From: Blasia pusilla
Lineage: Eukaryota
Reading direction: 5' to 3'
Assembly: GCA_050084515.1 (NCBI GenBank)
Contig: CM114271.1
Coordinates: forward strand, 41,664,001-41,728,000
Length of the DNA stretch: 64,000 bases
Shown: piece by piece, positions 51,430-64,000 of the stretch
Layout: each line of letters starts with the position of its first letter
How positions within the stretch are numbered: the stretch's first letter is position 1
The notes under the pieces: generated by a model
Database searches by the model: none
Seen by the model: the letters and a program-made list of their open reading frames with translations, nothing else
What the model was told of the DNA's origin: nothing
Made by a program: the position numbers and the translations under genes

Positions 51430-54400
51430 ATGGTTTTTGGGACTTTTTCCTTTTTCTTCCTTTTTCCCAATACGATCTTTCTCTGTATCTCTCGGTGGTT
51501 GGTCGAATCCAAATTAGCCAAACCACTTTTCGTATGTCTTTTCTTGTCTTTGGAGACTTGCCTACCTTTACTTCTATGTCATCAGAGATGGAGTTGGATT
51601 CTTCATCTACTCGCTTATCTGGTTTTACACGCCCTCCTAGAGCCGTAACCTCTCCCCCTGGTTCACCTCCTCATCGTCGATCTCGCCATTTTCCTCCAGA
51701 TGCTAATACACCCATTACACTTGCTACATTTCTTCCGGATTCTCCTCTTCTCCCTTCTTCGTCTTGTCTTATTGAGCCTAATCCTGATCCATTATTACCG
51801 AATCCTTCTTCTTTGCCATCCCCACATATCTCATCTATGCCCTTGCTTCCAACTCCCATCTATTCTACCCGAATCTCCCCTCTTCCTCCTCCTCCTTCCC
51901 CAACCTATTTACCCCCTCATCGTCAGCCATCACCACCTCTTGCACATCCCACCTCCTCTCCTTGTAACCCTTCTACTTCTCCATTTGTACCAAAGGTTCG
52001 TTGCATACCTTGTGGTAAGGACTTTGCTCCTAATGGGATCAAAAGACATCAGCGGTATTTTCGATCCATGCATGGGCCTTCAATCCCTAACCCGATACCA
52101 ACTCCTACTGCACTCCCCACAACAACTACTTGGACCTGGTTAAGCCAAATTGATCTCCTTCGCTCTTTCCATCCAGGTCTTCCTCGTCCTAGACTCTACA
52201 CTCGCATTCCTATTGCTCTTCGCCCCATCAGCCAACAAGCTTTGCTATTCCCATTAGAAAGGTTAGCGCGTGACCCCACAAATATAAATGCTTGGTATCT
52301 CCTATTACTCTTCCCAGAATAGGTTTTAGTCCTCCCTCCAAGGGGGTGCAACGGGTCATTGTGAAACCTCCACACGTATTCAACGCTTTATGTCAGGGGA
52401 TTGGGAGAATCTCAGAATGAGCATGTACTTCGAGCTGAGGCCTTAGCTGCGGCTCATCCCACTCAACATGCCAATCATGGGAGGCCTTCAATACAACAAT
52501 GCCTTCGACGAAGTCTACTATTGGGGCAGGTTGGTGAGTTTTTACGTGCAGCTTGAGCATTGGGTCCTCTTTCTCAGGCGGTTCCAAGTGCGGAAACAGT
52601 GGCTCTCTTAGAAGCTCTTCATCCTCCTTCAACTGGCGATGCTCCATCTTTTGTGGAAGACTATACAACATACCTTGACTTGGAGCTTGACTTGGAGGTT
52701 TTCACAAGGGCTTTTCTGCATACTCCTCGCTTATCAGCAAGCGGGCTATCAAGGATGGTTTTTGAGCATCTCCGCAATTGCTTTATCCCAGCAGATTCAG
52801 AAGTGGCTTTGTCTCTCTATATAAGGTGTGTGCACATATGGCGACATGTCGTCTCCCATTCTCTATCTCTAGGCTCTTAGGGGCTTGTCGTTTGTTGGCT
52901 ATGGATAAGCCTCCTTCAGGTGTGCGCCCTTTGGCTATTGGAGAGGTTTTATACCGCTTGGTCAGTCGATCCCTATGCTTGCAATTTTTTCCTCACTTTA
53001 CTGCCCACTTACTTGCCCACTCCTGGAGGTTGTGAGGCTGTGGTGCATGGGATTCGCTCCACTATTGATATTCATCCAGATTGGGTAGCAATTCAAGTCG
53101 ATGTGGCTAATGCATTCAATTCAATTTCTCGTGCGGCCATCTTTGAGGAATTACGTTGTGCAGGAGGACAACTCGCGAGCCTCATTCCATTTGTTTGCTC
53201 CTTCTATGCCTATGATACGCCCATTATCTATTCCCATCATGCTACTTTTGGAGAATATAGTATTCTACAATCGGCTTGTGGCACACGTCAAGGTGATCCC
53301 ATGGGGGGCCCACTCTTTGCCATTGCCCATTTTCGTGCCCTTCGAGCATTAGCGCAAGCATTTCCATCTTGTCTTTTCCTTTCTATTGCTGATGACACTC
53401 ACATTTTAGGTCCTCCTTCTGAAGTGGTTCCTGCTTATACCCATTTTGTGGAGCAACTCTCTTTCTTAAACCTTAAAGTCCAACCTAGTAAATGTGGAGT
53501 ATGGTCTCCTTCATGCCTTCCTTCAACATTCACCCCACCTACTCCTGATTTTCCCATTTACATTGAAGGGGTTAGAGTTCTTGGGGTCCCAATTGGCTTC
53601 ATCGACTATGTCTCAAAGTTCTTGGATGAGGCCCTTTTGAAAGACGTGGAATGGCTTCATTTATTACCTCATCTTGGGGATCCCCAAGTGGCTTATGGGA
53701 TTCTCTCCCAATGTTTTCTTCGACGTCCTTCCTACCTTCTTCGCACTTGTCCTCCCACTTCAAGCTTCTTACATCGGTTGGCCTCTTTTGATGCTTCTAT
53801 CTTGGCAACTTTTGGTCAACTTCTTGGCCCGAATACCTTTGAGGGAGAGGATGGTGTCTTTGCTTCACTACAAGCTATCTTGCCTATTTCTTTTGGAGGG
53901 GTAGGACTATCCTCCTGATCCATCTGCTGCCCCTTGCCTTTTTGGGGAGTTGGGCGTTGGTAGCACCGATTATGGCTTCAAGGTTTCTCCAAGGAGATAT
54001 ACCTATCTTGATGGATCATATCACCCATGTCGAGGAGGAGGACTTGTTATTTCAACAACAACTAAGATCTGCACGAGCTCTTCTTCCTCTTGCGACACAA
54101 GAAATTCTACCCCCTTTCAGTCAACTAATTACAGAAGGGCTTGATCGACTTCAAGAGCATATCTCCGAGAATCTGCATCAAATCAACTTTTCCAGCATTC
54201 TCTCCGAGGCATCCTCCGACGCTAATCGAGCTCGTCTACGTTCATGTGGGGGTATCGGAGCGGGGGCGTGGCTTACTGCAAATCTTCTTATTCTTCCATT
54301 TCGTCTTCCTCGAAGTATATTCTCGACAACTTTGCGGTAACGTCTTGGACTTCCCCATCCTTCTCTCTTAGGTGTGCCGAATTGTGTATGCAGGGATCCC

Positions 54401-55170
54401 ATTGATGCCAAGGGTATCCATATTCTCCGATGTGCACATGGTGGAGAACGAACGGCCATACATGATGTCATTAGAGGCGGTAGCATCGGTGGCTCGTCGG
54501 CGGGATATACAGTTGGGCAAGAGCAACTCCATGTCCTACCTTCAACCACACAAGAAACCTCTTGTCGGAGAGTGGATCTTGTTATGTCTCGAGGTGGATT
54601 CCGGCCACTAGGTGATGTGGTGGTTGCTGATCCAACACATTCTGACTTGGTGTGTAGAGCCGCACATACCAAAGGTTTGGCGGCCGAAGCTACAGCAAGA
54701 ATCAAGGAGTTAAGTTATGCTGTGAGACATGCGACTGACGGATTTATTCCTTTTGCAGTGGAAGTATTCGGTCATTTACATGTGTCTTTTGATACTTTCC
54801 TGAAAACATGTGCTCACCACTCCCTCGAGAATCATCACCTTGCCCCTTCCCGTAGTCCTTCTCTCTTGGTTGTTACTACTTATTTTAGGCAATCCATCTT
54901 AGTGGCCTTACAACGTGCACAAGCCTTGGCATTAATACGTCGTGCGGAGGTGGTGGGAGGTCGCTTGCCTCGTCGTCCATTCACGTTAGACCAACCACTC
55001 GTGTTCTTGTCAGATTGGTTTCAGGAAATCAATCGTGTTGCTCGTTGAGCCGGTGTTTACATGGGCTTGTTGCCATTTTCTTTTTGCATTCTTTTATGCA
55101 TTTTTTTACTCCTCTTTTGAGTTGTTATTACCTTTCTTTGTCCTCTTTTGATGTTTATTTTATAATAAAG
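51430..55170 (+). mobile_element. Near full-length CRE-like (RLE-type) non-LTR retrotransposon; single ORF ~51534-55048 broken by stops and frameshifts
   Basis: C2H2-like finger CIPCGKDFAPNGIKRHQRY; RT motifs VRPLAIGEVLYRL, DVANAFNSISR, GTRQGDPMG, IADDTH, VLGVPIG; CCHC knuckle CVCRDPIDAKGIHILRC; RLE RRVDL..DVVVADP..K..Y..FIPFAVEVFG; T-rich 3' UTR ending ...ATAATAAA. Ends are approximate. Confidence 0.88.
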
Positions 55171-55845
55171 TGGATTCATAATAAATTAGCACCGACCGAA
55201 GCCCATAGTTAAGACACGGCCTTGCATTTAAGGGCACGGTAGGCTAGGATCTCGAACCAGGTGGGTCGGTGACAGCCACGTCCGGTTATGTCCGTTCGGT
55301 AAAGAAGGTAGCGAGAGTGTGTTGGGTGGATACCTGGGTCCGTACTCCGTGGACGGCGAGTCGGAGTTGAGGAGGGACCAAGGCTCGGATAGTACCGGCA
55401 TCCTTTGTAAGGGCTGCGGCAATCGAGATTTTCCGATGGTTGCAACTCACGACACGGGGACGAAACCGAAGAGGAATTAGGTATCACCGGTAGGGAGCTG
55501 CTTCAAGTCATAAACGCCGGCCAGCTTGAGGAAACCGGTTGGACTTTCGCAGTAGTGTAACCGGGACTTGTTGAATTATTCAAGCATTTTCCGACCGGGG
55601 GAAGGAGGTTCCGGGCCGCGACATGTGTCAAGAGGGTAGTGGATAAAGGGGCGAGTGTGCAAGGTTCATCCAGCCGTCCCTTCAAGGGTGCGGATGATCG
55701 GGTCTCATTTGCACTCTTGTAGCTTGTCGTTGTCGCTCTTTGTTGAAGTTTTGGGAGCCTTTCATTGGTTCTGTAAACCCTAGAAACCGTCCGAGCCTAA
55801 ACGCTTTACAAAGGGTTTCAAAGTAGTGAACTCTCAAAGTCCCTT

Positions 55846-58094
55846 ATGGAGGATATTTCGGCCAACAATGCATCTAGGGGTAAGAGACAAAAATCCCTGA
55901 CTGATATGGGGTTTATGAAGAGGACTGTCAGTGAACCAGCAATAGAAAGATAGATTCTCCTTCAGATCTTGCCTCTTCAAAGATTGAAGAGAACAACAGG
56001 CTTTGGAAAGATTCTTGGTATCAAGCTTTTGAATGGATTCAATTTGAGCCTCACACGGGGAGGGTATTTTGTAAAGTGTGCAATGACTCAAGAGGGAAAT
56101 CTGTATTTGCTACATCTGGAGCCATCAATGTGAAGATTTCTGCCTTCACAGACCATGGTAAATCCAAGGAACATAAAAAATTGGCTTGGGCTCAGTATAG
56201 TGGTAGAAAAACTCTACAGAAAGCTATTGCAAGCACCAATAGAAACTGTGATTTAGCGGTGATTAATCTTTTTCGAGGAGCATACTTCATGGCTAAGTAT
56301 AATGTTGCATTTTCCTCATTCCCTGGTCTCTGTACATTACTCAAATCTGGATCTATGATGCTCACAAAATCGATGTATGAGGATGACAAGACATGTGCAC
56401 ATATAATAACATGTATTTGTTTGGTAATTCAAAGATTGCTTCTAGCTAGGGTTAGACTTAGTCCCTTTAAGGAATAATGGTAGATGAATCCACTGACATA
56501 TCAGTAACAGGACACCTTGTTGCCTTTGTCACTTACCTTGATGAAGGTCAAGTGTGCACCTCCTTCTTAGGATTGATCAAGGTTGAGAACAAGGATGCTG
56601 AGTCCATTTCAGATTGTTTAGTATCCTTACTTAGGGAATGGGAATTGGATTTTGAGAAGATGATTGGTTTTGGGTCTGATGGGGCCAACACTATGGTAGG
56701 TACTAGGAATGGGGTAAGTGCTCGTTTGAAGAGGAATGTTAATCCTTACATGACAAGCGTCCATTGTGTGGCACACCGGACAAACTTAGCTGCTCTTGGT
56801 GCAGCAAAGAGCCCAGGGTGCAAGGAACTTAGTGATGAGGTGGATAACATTTTGAATTTTGTTGCATTTTATTTCAAGAAGAGTTCTAAGAGGAAGTATG
56901 GTCTCTCTTCTCTACAAGAGGAGCTAAACGATTCTAGGAAAATCATGAAACGTTATCAGAAGGTCAGATGGCTTAGCAGGTGGCAAGCCGTTACCTCTTT
57001 ATATGATAGTTTAGAATCGGTCATGGTCTACTTCTCTACTGTGAATCCGAGGGAAGATGATGGGGTAGCTTCACATCTTCGAAAGAGGTTAAAATCCTTC
57101 AAAATGATTTGCATTTTATACTTTCTGGTTGACATACTTCATTCTATGGCAATGTTGAGCAAGTTATTCCTGATGAATTTTGTTGATATATCTAGCATTG
57201 CTTCTATTTTTCAGACTGAGATAGCACATGTTAGAATGAATTATGTACATGAAAGTGTAGATATGAATGCCTATCTCATTTCTCAATCTAGTGGTTTTCA
57301 TCTCCTTCCGAACTATGGTCCTAGTGATGGATATCTGCAGCGCTTGCAATCAGAGATAAGGGGTTCTTTCTTTCATTCAATCCAAATGGATAGGGATGTG
57401 ACATGAAAGGATTTAGAAGAAACTGTTTTTTTCCAAGGGAATTTTGTTGAGGCCATATGTGTAGCTTTGCAAGAAAGGTTTGAAGACAATAACATCATTG
57501 GAGGTTTTAAGATCCTCAATCCATCCCAAATGCCTTCTACCATATCTAGTTTAAGAGATTGGGGTGTGAGAGACTTGGAAATGTTGAGCTCTTTCTATGG
57601 ACAGGAAAAAACCTTGCATGGCAGGGTGAAAAAGCCTCTTCTAGATGGTGCAGCCCTCAAGAATGAATTATTGACCTTCAAGATTTAGGCCATGACAATG
57701 GAAGGAGAAGTCCTTCAAGGACTTATGGTGTATGGTAAGTGGTAGTCCGAGCCTGAAGGCTAAGTATGCTAATCTTTGTATTTTAGGTGATATAGCTAGA
57801 GTCCAATGTGTATCAATAGCATCATGGGAAAGAGCTTTTAGCATTCAGAATGTCATTAAGAATAGGTTAAGAAATAGCTTAACCTCTTATCACTTGGGAG
57901 CTTTGCTGAGGGTTAATATGGAGGGTCCAAATGAGAATTTTGATGTGGATAAGGTCCTCATTTCTACTATGGACACATGGAAACAGTCAAAGGAATACAA
58001 ATTTGTATATGCTAATCCAGAGTTGTACATTGTTCCTCCCGTTGTACTTGAAGCTGCTGAGGAAGGTGAGCTTAACCCTGACCTTTCATCCTAG
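55846..58094 (+). pseudogene. Intronless hAT-superfamily transposase (ZNF862-like: TTF finger + DDE + dimerisation domain), decayed
   Basis: WIQF...VFCKVC...DHGKSKEH finger, VDESTD, FGSDGANTMVG, VHCVAHRTNL, VRWLSR, LQERF, SIASWERAFS..IKNRLRNSL. Frameshifts/stops at ~56475, 57404 and 57686. Confidence 0.9.
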
Positions 58095-58215
58095 TTTTTC
58101 TATGACTTCATTTCATTTTGCAAATGCTTTTACTAGTTATTTATTTTCTGTAGTAAAACCCCTCCTACAAAGAAAGTTCATTTTATGAATACTCCTTGTA
58201 GGAAGGGTTCTTAGC

Positions 58216-58269
58216 ACCTCTGACCCCCAACTGGTAGGGGGAATTCTGGTTCAACTCCAGCCAGAGGTA
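58216..58269 (+). ncRNA. Putative tRNA-like structure lacking anticodon arm, copy 1
   Basis: ACCTCTG-A-CCCCC-AACTGGTA-GGGGG-AATT-CTGG-TTCAACT-CCAG-C-CAGAGGT-A: acceptor-like stem, D-like arm with TGG loop, and T arm with a B-box match GGTTCAACTCC. Expression unknown. Confidence 0.45.
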
Positions 58270-58309
58270 ATGAAGAGGTGAGTTGAGAAGGCTAAGAAGG
58301 GTTCTTAGC

Positions 58310-58363
58310 ACCTCCGGCCCCCAATTGGGAGGGGGAATTCTGGTTCAACTCCAGCCAGAGGTA
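58310..58363 (+). ncRNA. Putative tRNA-like structure lacking anticodon arm, copy 2
   Basis: ACCTCCGG-CCCCC-AATTGGGA-GGGGG-AATT-CTGG-TTCAACT-CCAG-CCAGAGGT-A; 94-bp tandem period with copy 1. Confidence 0.45.
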
Positions 58364-60948
58364 ACAAAATGAGGAGGTGAAGGCTAGAAGGACTTTGCTT
58401 ATAACCAGAACTAAACTGAAAGATAGAAAATGTGACAACTAAAAACTGGCATGCCAACTCCAAGCCCATTAAAAAGCTGGTGATTCAAATTATATGCAAG
58501 AAATAACCTGAGAAGGAAAAAAAATCTTGGGCAGAAACCTGATAAGGTAAAAAGTCTGACATATTTCAGAAAACCTGAATGTTTCAAATAGTCCCGGTAA
58601 AAAACGGATCTACTAAAAAATAGTGTCCGAGCACCGGGAGGGACTGAGTGACGAGAAAGTCCGTTTAGGGAGGCACGGGGTGGAAAATTAATCAATCCGA
58701 ACGGACGGTTGATCTGACAGAAGCCGGCCGGCGTCCAGTAAATGAGCGAACGGAACGGTTTAGGATTCCCATGGGAATGCCCTAATGTGTAGAACTTCCC
58801 GATCTCGGCAGTGAGTGGGTTGTTTATTGCTTTCGGAATAGTGCAGCGGACTGCCACAATACTAGCTGAGAAATACAAACATGAGGCAGAAGAACAAATG
58901 AAAGTAGTAAAAAATGACGATCGCCGAGCGGACTCAACAACGACGAACACCAACGTGTCGAGTGAGCGATCACTGAGAGCAAGCGGATTGGAGCGGGCGA
59001 GTGCGAAGACCTGACAAAGGAGACAGCCCGCATGACTCCGAGAGATAGTTGCAAAAAGTGAGAGCGCGCCAGAGGAGAAAGCAGCGAGATGATAACACAC
59101 AGTCGGAAGCAACAAAGAAATCAGAAACCTGTGAGGCACGGCAGGAAAGAACAGAGAAGAACGAGAACCAGAACGAAGAGCACGAACAAACGGACGAACA
59201 AATAGTTGCTCCTGCGAGAAGAGAGAGAGAGAGAGAGAGTAAGAGCGCGAAGGACGGCAGCGCGACCCAGATTCCTCGAGATTGGAGAGACGGCGTGAGC
59301 GCGCAAGAGTGCGAAGGGCAGAGAGACCGAATGCGCGGGAGTCACATGGGCTAGAGAAAGCGCGCGGCTTAGAGCAAAATCCGTCCACTCCATCTGACAT
59401 CCGTGACGTCAAGTTTCCAAGTAGACGTGGTGGTAAACCTGACAACAAACACGTACTTAAGACTTTCTTTATGGACATGATTATTTCCGTAATCAAAATG
59501 AAGTCAGCACTCGTCAAGAAAATCACATTTAGAGTTTTGGAAAACTTACATTACCTTTCTTTAGAATGGAGAGGTAAATCAACATCTCAATTTTTTTAGA
59601 AAAATTGTTAGATATGTTCAACATTTGATGTTAAGAAATTTTTATATCATTTCTAATGATGATATGAATAAGATATTTTTTTTGACATTATATCATTTGG
59701 AAATTCTATAAAATCATCTCCAAAGTGAGCTTGCTAAGATGCACAACCCTCTCCCACCTCCAATCCGTAAAAGTTTGTTGTATACACATGTTCAATTCCA
59801 AATTTTGAACTCTCACATGCGACCATAAAGATGATTCTTCAGTGTAGCTTGAATAATTTTTGGATGGTCTCCATGATGAACTACAAGCAAGATTTGGCAA
59901 AAATCCCCACCAAATATCATTAATTTGCAACCAATCAAAACAATCTTCGAGTCTTCCAATTCCTCTTCCATGATATTTTGGAAGGAGAAAATTACAAACT
60001 CAATGTATGGGAATAAGCGAAGCCCTTTGAATTACATATGATAAGCGGAGCCCTTTGAATTACATATGTAGCTTCGCTATTAATTGGTAATCGCTACTTA
60101 AATATGTTAATATTTTTGGCGAGATATCTCTTTACATCACAAGAGTTACAAAGTCATGAATGGAGTAGAGACTTACTTGCAAGTAAAGTTTTTCATCTAT
60201 ATTGATTGAAATCTTGAAGTGTGAATGGGTAGTGCATCCTCCATCAATAGCAAAGCAACTATCCCCGATGAAGCATCCAAAATCTTCTAGACTTGCAAGA
60301 AGAAGATTGTATAAGAACTTAAGAAGGTTTTCCCAATTTCATCAAGTCTGTTGATAAAGAAAATTTTGGAACTAGGTTTAGTAATTCCAGAAATGATGAT
60401 AAGAAGCTTATCGTCTATAGCATTCCAAATATATTTCTTTCCATCATTCAATTTATTATCTCCTAACCTAGGTCATTAATATAATGAATCTTGATTATAT
60501 AGGAGTTTTTTTGCTTCCAAATGCGAATGGGAAGATGGAGCATAGAAATCAGATTGGGGTATATCTAGGAAATCATATGCTGATTTCCTTGATTTTCTAA
60601 ATGATGGTGGACTTTCAATAGTATAATATTAATCATGTCACGTCTATTAGGATAAATCGATGAGATCTAGTAGAGCGCCTTGGAGATACTAGAGGACAAC
60701 CTCATGAGGTCGAGGATGACCTGTTGGAGGCATGGATAACTTGAGAGAGCAAGTTTCCCCATCGTTTCGGCTCATTTGGAGCCATATTGAGGAACTTACT
60801 ATTTCGGGTAAGTTACCATTTTTGGTGTAATTGACTTTCCACTCTGAGACGTGTCCCTTGATCCGCTACAACCAGTCAAGATCCAAAGAGCTTACCTGCG
60901 AGCATAGATTACCCTGGAGAGAGCTTGGGAGAGGGAAGGGGATATACC

Positions 60949-61053
<105 letters not shown>

Positions 61054-61409
61054 TAGATTTTTAGTCCACGGGAAGCTGATCTAGCTTATGGGACCCCTTC
61101 CACATATGTGAAATTGACATCGCATCCGACATGGCACCTTCACATCTAGATTTAGGGTTCTCACTCAAAAGATTTAGTTTCTGTTTTTTTTTTTTTTCTT
61201 TGTAAGGCCTGGAATTTTATCTAGATTTTTAACGTGGGAGCACAGTCAAGGCACACACATGAAAGGCACACAAGGCGTTCTCTCTCTCGAACATGGACCA
61301 TCCATGCCCTAGGTAAGGAACGCCACTGCCCTGGGGTTGAGACCGTCCCCCACTGTCAAGGGGAGAGTTGAACCCAATCCTCTTCAAGAGGACCTTATGT
61401 TTGTTCAAC

Positions 61410-61410
<1 letters not shown>

Positions 61411-61455
<45 letters not shown>
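61411..61455. repeat. (AG)n microsatellite, ~22 units
   Basis: Uninterrupted AG run. Confidence 0.95.
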
Positions 61456-61458
<3 letters not shown>

Positions 61459-64000
61459 TGTTGTGATGAAGAGATTTGATTGATTTATTGGAGATATTTG
61501 GTATTTCTCGTCTCGTTGTGTGGATTCCATGAGTTAGCATGGGATTTTCTGCATTTTTTGTGTGTTCAGTGATAGCGATGTATGTTGTGTAGCGATGTGT
61601 ATGCGCACGGCAATAATCAAAGCATTAGAGACAAGATCAGGAATCCTTATTTTCTGCATAAGAGATGTAGGAAAAAGAAAAGAAAAGGAATTATCTCACA
61701 TCATTCATATAAGATATCATCTATAAGTCTATGAGTGGCGAGGATCAAAAATTGACTCCATAGTTTAGCAGGTCAAGTAGATGTGTTATAAGGTAGAATA
61801 ACAACAAATAGTAGACAAAGCGCATAATATGTGCAAATTTCATAAGCTTCTTGGAAGCATGAGTACGCTTCCCTATCATCCTTGAGAAGACTCATTTGAA
61901 TAGTTCCTCCTCAAAGGTTGAATATAACACTCCATCCATAGTTCGCAAGTACTCATATGTAGTTGGACCTAGAATATGATGAAGTAGCGACCACACGTAA
62001 TAGCCCTCACCTTCAACTACAAAAATATATAATACATAAAACATAGCAAATATTTTTTACAATGCTTCAAAACAAACTTGAAAAGAGTTTAAAAAGTCAA
62101 AATTTGAATGAGATATACTTAGATGAGTTAGATATAAGCGACCAATAGGATTATCACAATTGTGTCTTTTATGAATTCCAAAAATCCATTTTTTTATTGC
62201 TCCAACGATAATAGGAAGAAAAATCTATATATAGGTATTTTCAAGTTGATGAGTCCAAACAATAAGTTGCAAAGCATTGTATAAGAGTTGTCTCTTTTTT
62301 GTAGAATCTCTATCACATTGTCATGATCATTGAAGAAACTTTTTTATAACTTTGGTAGATGAGCTCCCTATCTTATAATGTTTGAATGTTTTTCATGTAA
62401 GTTGAACTTGAAAAGTCTCCAACATACCTCAAAAGAAGAGATATATCTATACTTGATACAATTTAAAATAATGAGGAGAAAGATAAACTATTATAGAATC
62501 AAATAGTTTAGAAGTTTAATTTATTGTTGATATGACCAAAAAGAATATAAACAAAGAATTCTTATATTGCATGAAGATAATATGAGGTTTAATTAATAAT
62601 ATCTATTGATGTGGACGTAGTTGCATCATTTGAAAACTTATATGATATGGCATCTAATCCCTTACACATATATTCATATAAGTATTTCACAGCCAAAATT
62701 ATGCTTACGATCTCCAAATTAACGTGACAATCAAAGAGAGTACATAGTAAAGGATTATAAGGAACAACCCAAGGATTATCCAAAGTTTGATCGCACTTCG
62801 TTATCTTCACTTTATTATCCAATTTTTCATATAGGGAAGAGGCATGCGACACTAAAATATTTCATGAAAAAAACATCGAATCATGGTGAGGTAAACAAAT
62901 ATTATATTTAGGCATAGATTGCATGCCTTCAATAATGGGATAATCGTCCTGGTTCTCTATATTTATGGCTGCAAATAGCTTGTAATAGGCTTTGGTACAC
63001 TTTTTGTTTTCCATATCCATGCATGGAACATTTGGATTGAGTTTTCCTATGGATCTTGAACCACGCAATTACTTATAGTAGATTGAAGTCTTGGATGAGT
63101 GTTTATATTATGTATCTCAACTTATATTATATCATCATAATCAGATGTAGAATGTGGGTTATCCTCATTTGAATGATCAAAATGTGTACATGTCAAATGG
63201 GGTTTTGGAATCCAACCATATGGATGCATCCTACAATCCTACCCAAGTTATTCTTCTCAAGAATAAGCCTTAATTACGCTCTTTTCTTTTTCTCAACAAC
63301 TCTTACAACCAAATTTGATCTATTAGTAGGATGTTGACCTGGTAATAGTGTTGATATGATCTCCTTCCATTTTGGATTGCACATCATCATAAGAAAATAA
63401 TCAAGTGTCGTACAACGGTTATTGCATCTTGATATATTTTTTTCCATATGGTGTAGATCTCTAGTAAAAGAAGAAGCTAATACAATGCGTCTCCCAATTT
63501 TTGCACCATTCCCGTGATTTTGATCTATAGCATCTTTTACACATGGATATAATTCAGCACGCACCTCTTTTTGATTTGAGCAAACCTAGGATATTCATTG
63601 CATCTCTATTCTAGCATAAATATCAATCATAAACTCTTGAGTACGAAGAACACATCAAATCAATAAATTATCATCTCTAGCACTAACATGTATTTTGAAC
63701 TGGAAATGAGGCAGACTTTTAAGGCAATAACTATCTTCTTACTTCCTTAAAGTTGAGCAGAAAATTTTTCCCGTCCCTGCTGAGATTCACATCACCTCTA
63801 ATGAAAGCTTTGGGTGCATGGTCTCACGCAATCAAACTATGCTCACATTTGGATACCATAAATATTGGGTGTTAATAATGACCATTAAAGTGTTCAACAT
63901 CGTTTGGAAGTTTGTGAAAGTTGATGATGGAAGAGCAAAAAGGAAGATTATGGAAGAAAACTTACAAGGAGGGATGGGGGAAGGGATCTAAAGGTTGAAT

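Larger units (their letters stand above)
55200..58810 (+). mobile_element. hAT DNA transposon (boundaries approximate)
   Basis: The transposase is flanked by GC-rich, CCGT/ACGG-rich subterminal regions with inverted similarity (ACGCCGGCCAGCTT at ~55514 vs AAGCCGGCCGGCGT at ~58721). Exact TIR and TSD were not resolved. Confidence 0.6.

Noticed and set aside
58216-58363. Canonical tRNA genes
   Set aside because: No anticodon arm, A/B-box spacing too short and no oligo-T terminator directly downstream; reported as tRNA-like instead.
58411-59526. 371-aa minus-strand ORF
   Set aside because: TTG start, Ser/Leu/Arg/Phe-biased composition from CT-rich sequence, no recognisable motif, and it overlaps the hAT subterminal region; probably spurious.

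Overview
Eukaryotic (land-plant, probably non-seed plant) nuclear DNA. It holds three spliced host genes on the + strand: the 3' part of a subfamily-I ethylene receptor (ETR1-like, 1-3062), RNA polymerase III subunit RPC5 (28705-39376, with one apparent +1 frameshift) and a CYP704B-type cytochrome P450 (46875-49992). Most of the rest is transposable-element DNA. The largest element is a 17.6-kb Mutator-like element (9920-27502), delimited by a perfect 9-bp target-site duplication (AGTTGAGAG) and diverged TIRs. It carries a decayed SWIM-finger transposase, three accessory ORF relics and several tandem arrays that share an RGYATTCC motif. Also present are non-autonomous Helitron ends, a CRE-like RLE non-LTR retrotransposon, a decayed hAT transposase and a decayed Helitron RepHel. 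The three most unusual signals are: (i) an age-polarised head-to-tail stack of about 9 variably 5'-truncated LINE 3' ends just inside an RPC5 intron, each separated by the same 14-bp target sequence; (ii) two tandem 54-nt tRNA-like folds lacking an anticodon arm just downstream of the hAT transposase; (iii) the VANDAL-like architecture of the giant MULE. Family assignments come from motif recognition by eye; no database search was run.
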